From contig CM030335.1 of assembly GCA_017654855.1 (NCBI GenBank), positions 2,852,001 through 2,916,000 of the forward strand: a DNA stretch of 64,000 nt, given 5' to 3'. This document shows, piece by piece, positions 63,701 to 64,000 of this stretch. Source of the stretch: Podospora anserina (taxonomy: Eukaryota). Numbering within the stretch: the first letter of the stretch is position 1; each line of letters begins with the position of its first letter. The position numbers were made by a program, and so were the translations under genes. The notes below the pieces were generated by a model. That model had not been told where the DNA came from. It ran no database searches and saw only the letters and a program-made list of their open reading frames with translations.

Positions 63701-64000
63701 GCAATGTGTGCTGTTTAGGTGGATATACATTGGTGTGTTTGCGTGTGTGTGCATGAATGTTTATGGTGGCGGTGGTTTGTATCATTGTGGTATCAAATAA
63801 AAAACAGTGCCGCGTCGTCGTGCTGTCCCATGTGGGACTGTCGCTTGGTTCTAGAGACAAGAAAGAAATCCCCGCTTATTTATAGAGGCGGTCGAGCATC
63901 ATGTCCTTTCCCTGCTACTTATTCTCAGTTAGCTCCGGTGTTGCTGAAAGCACATGCTGGTTCAGATTCCAAGTTGGCCGCTGGGTTCGACTACATTTTC

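Overview
Gene-dense euchromatic segment of a filamentous ascomycete. Short GT..CTRAC..YAG introns and the gene content indicate a Sordariomycete; a Sordariales fungus such as Podospora is an inference from composition only. Fifteen intron-aware protein-coding genes can be reconstructed by hand: a possible degenerate retropepsin-like hypothetical, a secreted type-B carboxylesterase, YSC84/LSB3, a Sft1/Bet1-type SNARE, an ArfGAP, MsrB, a hypothetical with a possible Rec114-like PH fold, RSC9, a mitochondrial-type SDR, STE20 PAK kinase, SCP160/vigilin, a Clr5-domain protein, NSE2/MMS21, a VIVID/ENVOY LOV photoreceptor and a neutral ceramidase. No convincing rRNA, tRNA or CRISPR array is visible. 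The most unusual signals are non-coding: (1) a 126-bp spacer-less fold-back element at 25216-25341 flanked by an 8-9 bp direct repeat (MITE-like); (2) a short TGGCTG(T/A)G motif recurring about every 180-200 bp across ~43860-45150 with mostly unrelated spacers; (3) a 16-bp minisatellite next to an apparently RIP-degraded ORF at 57660-58330. Nothing here establishes a new biological system; these are leads that need computation.
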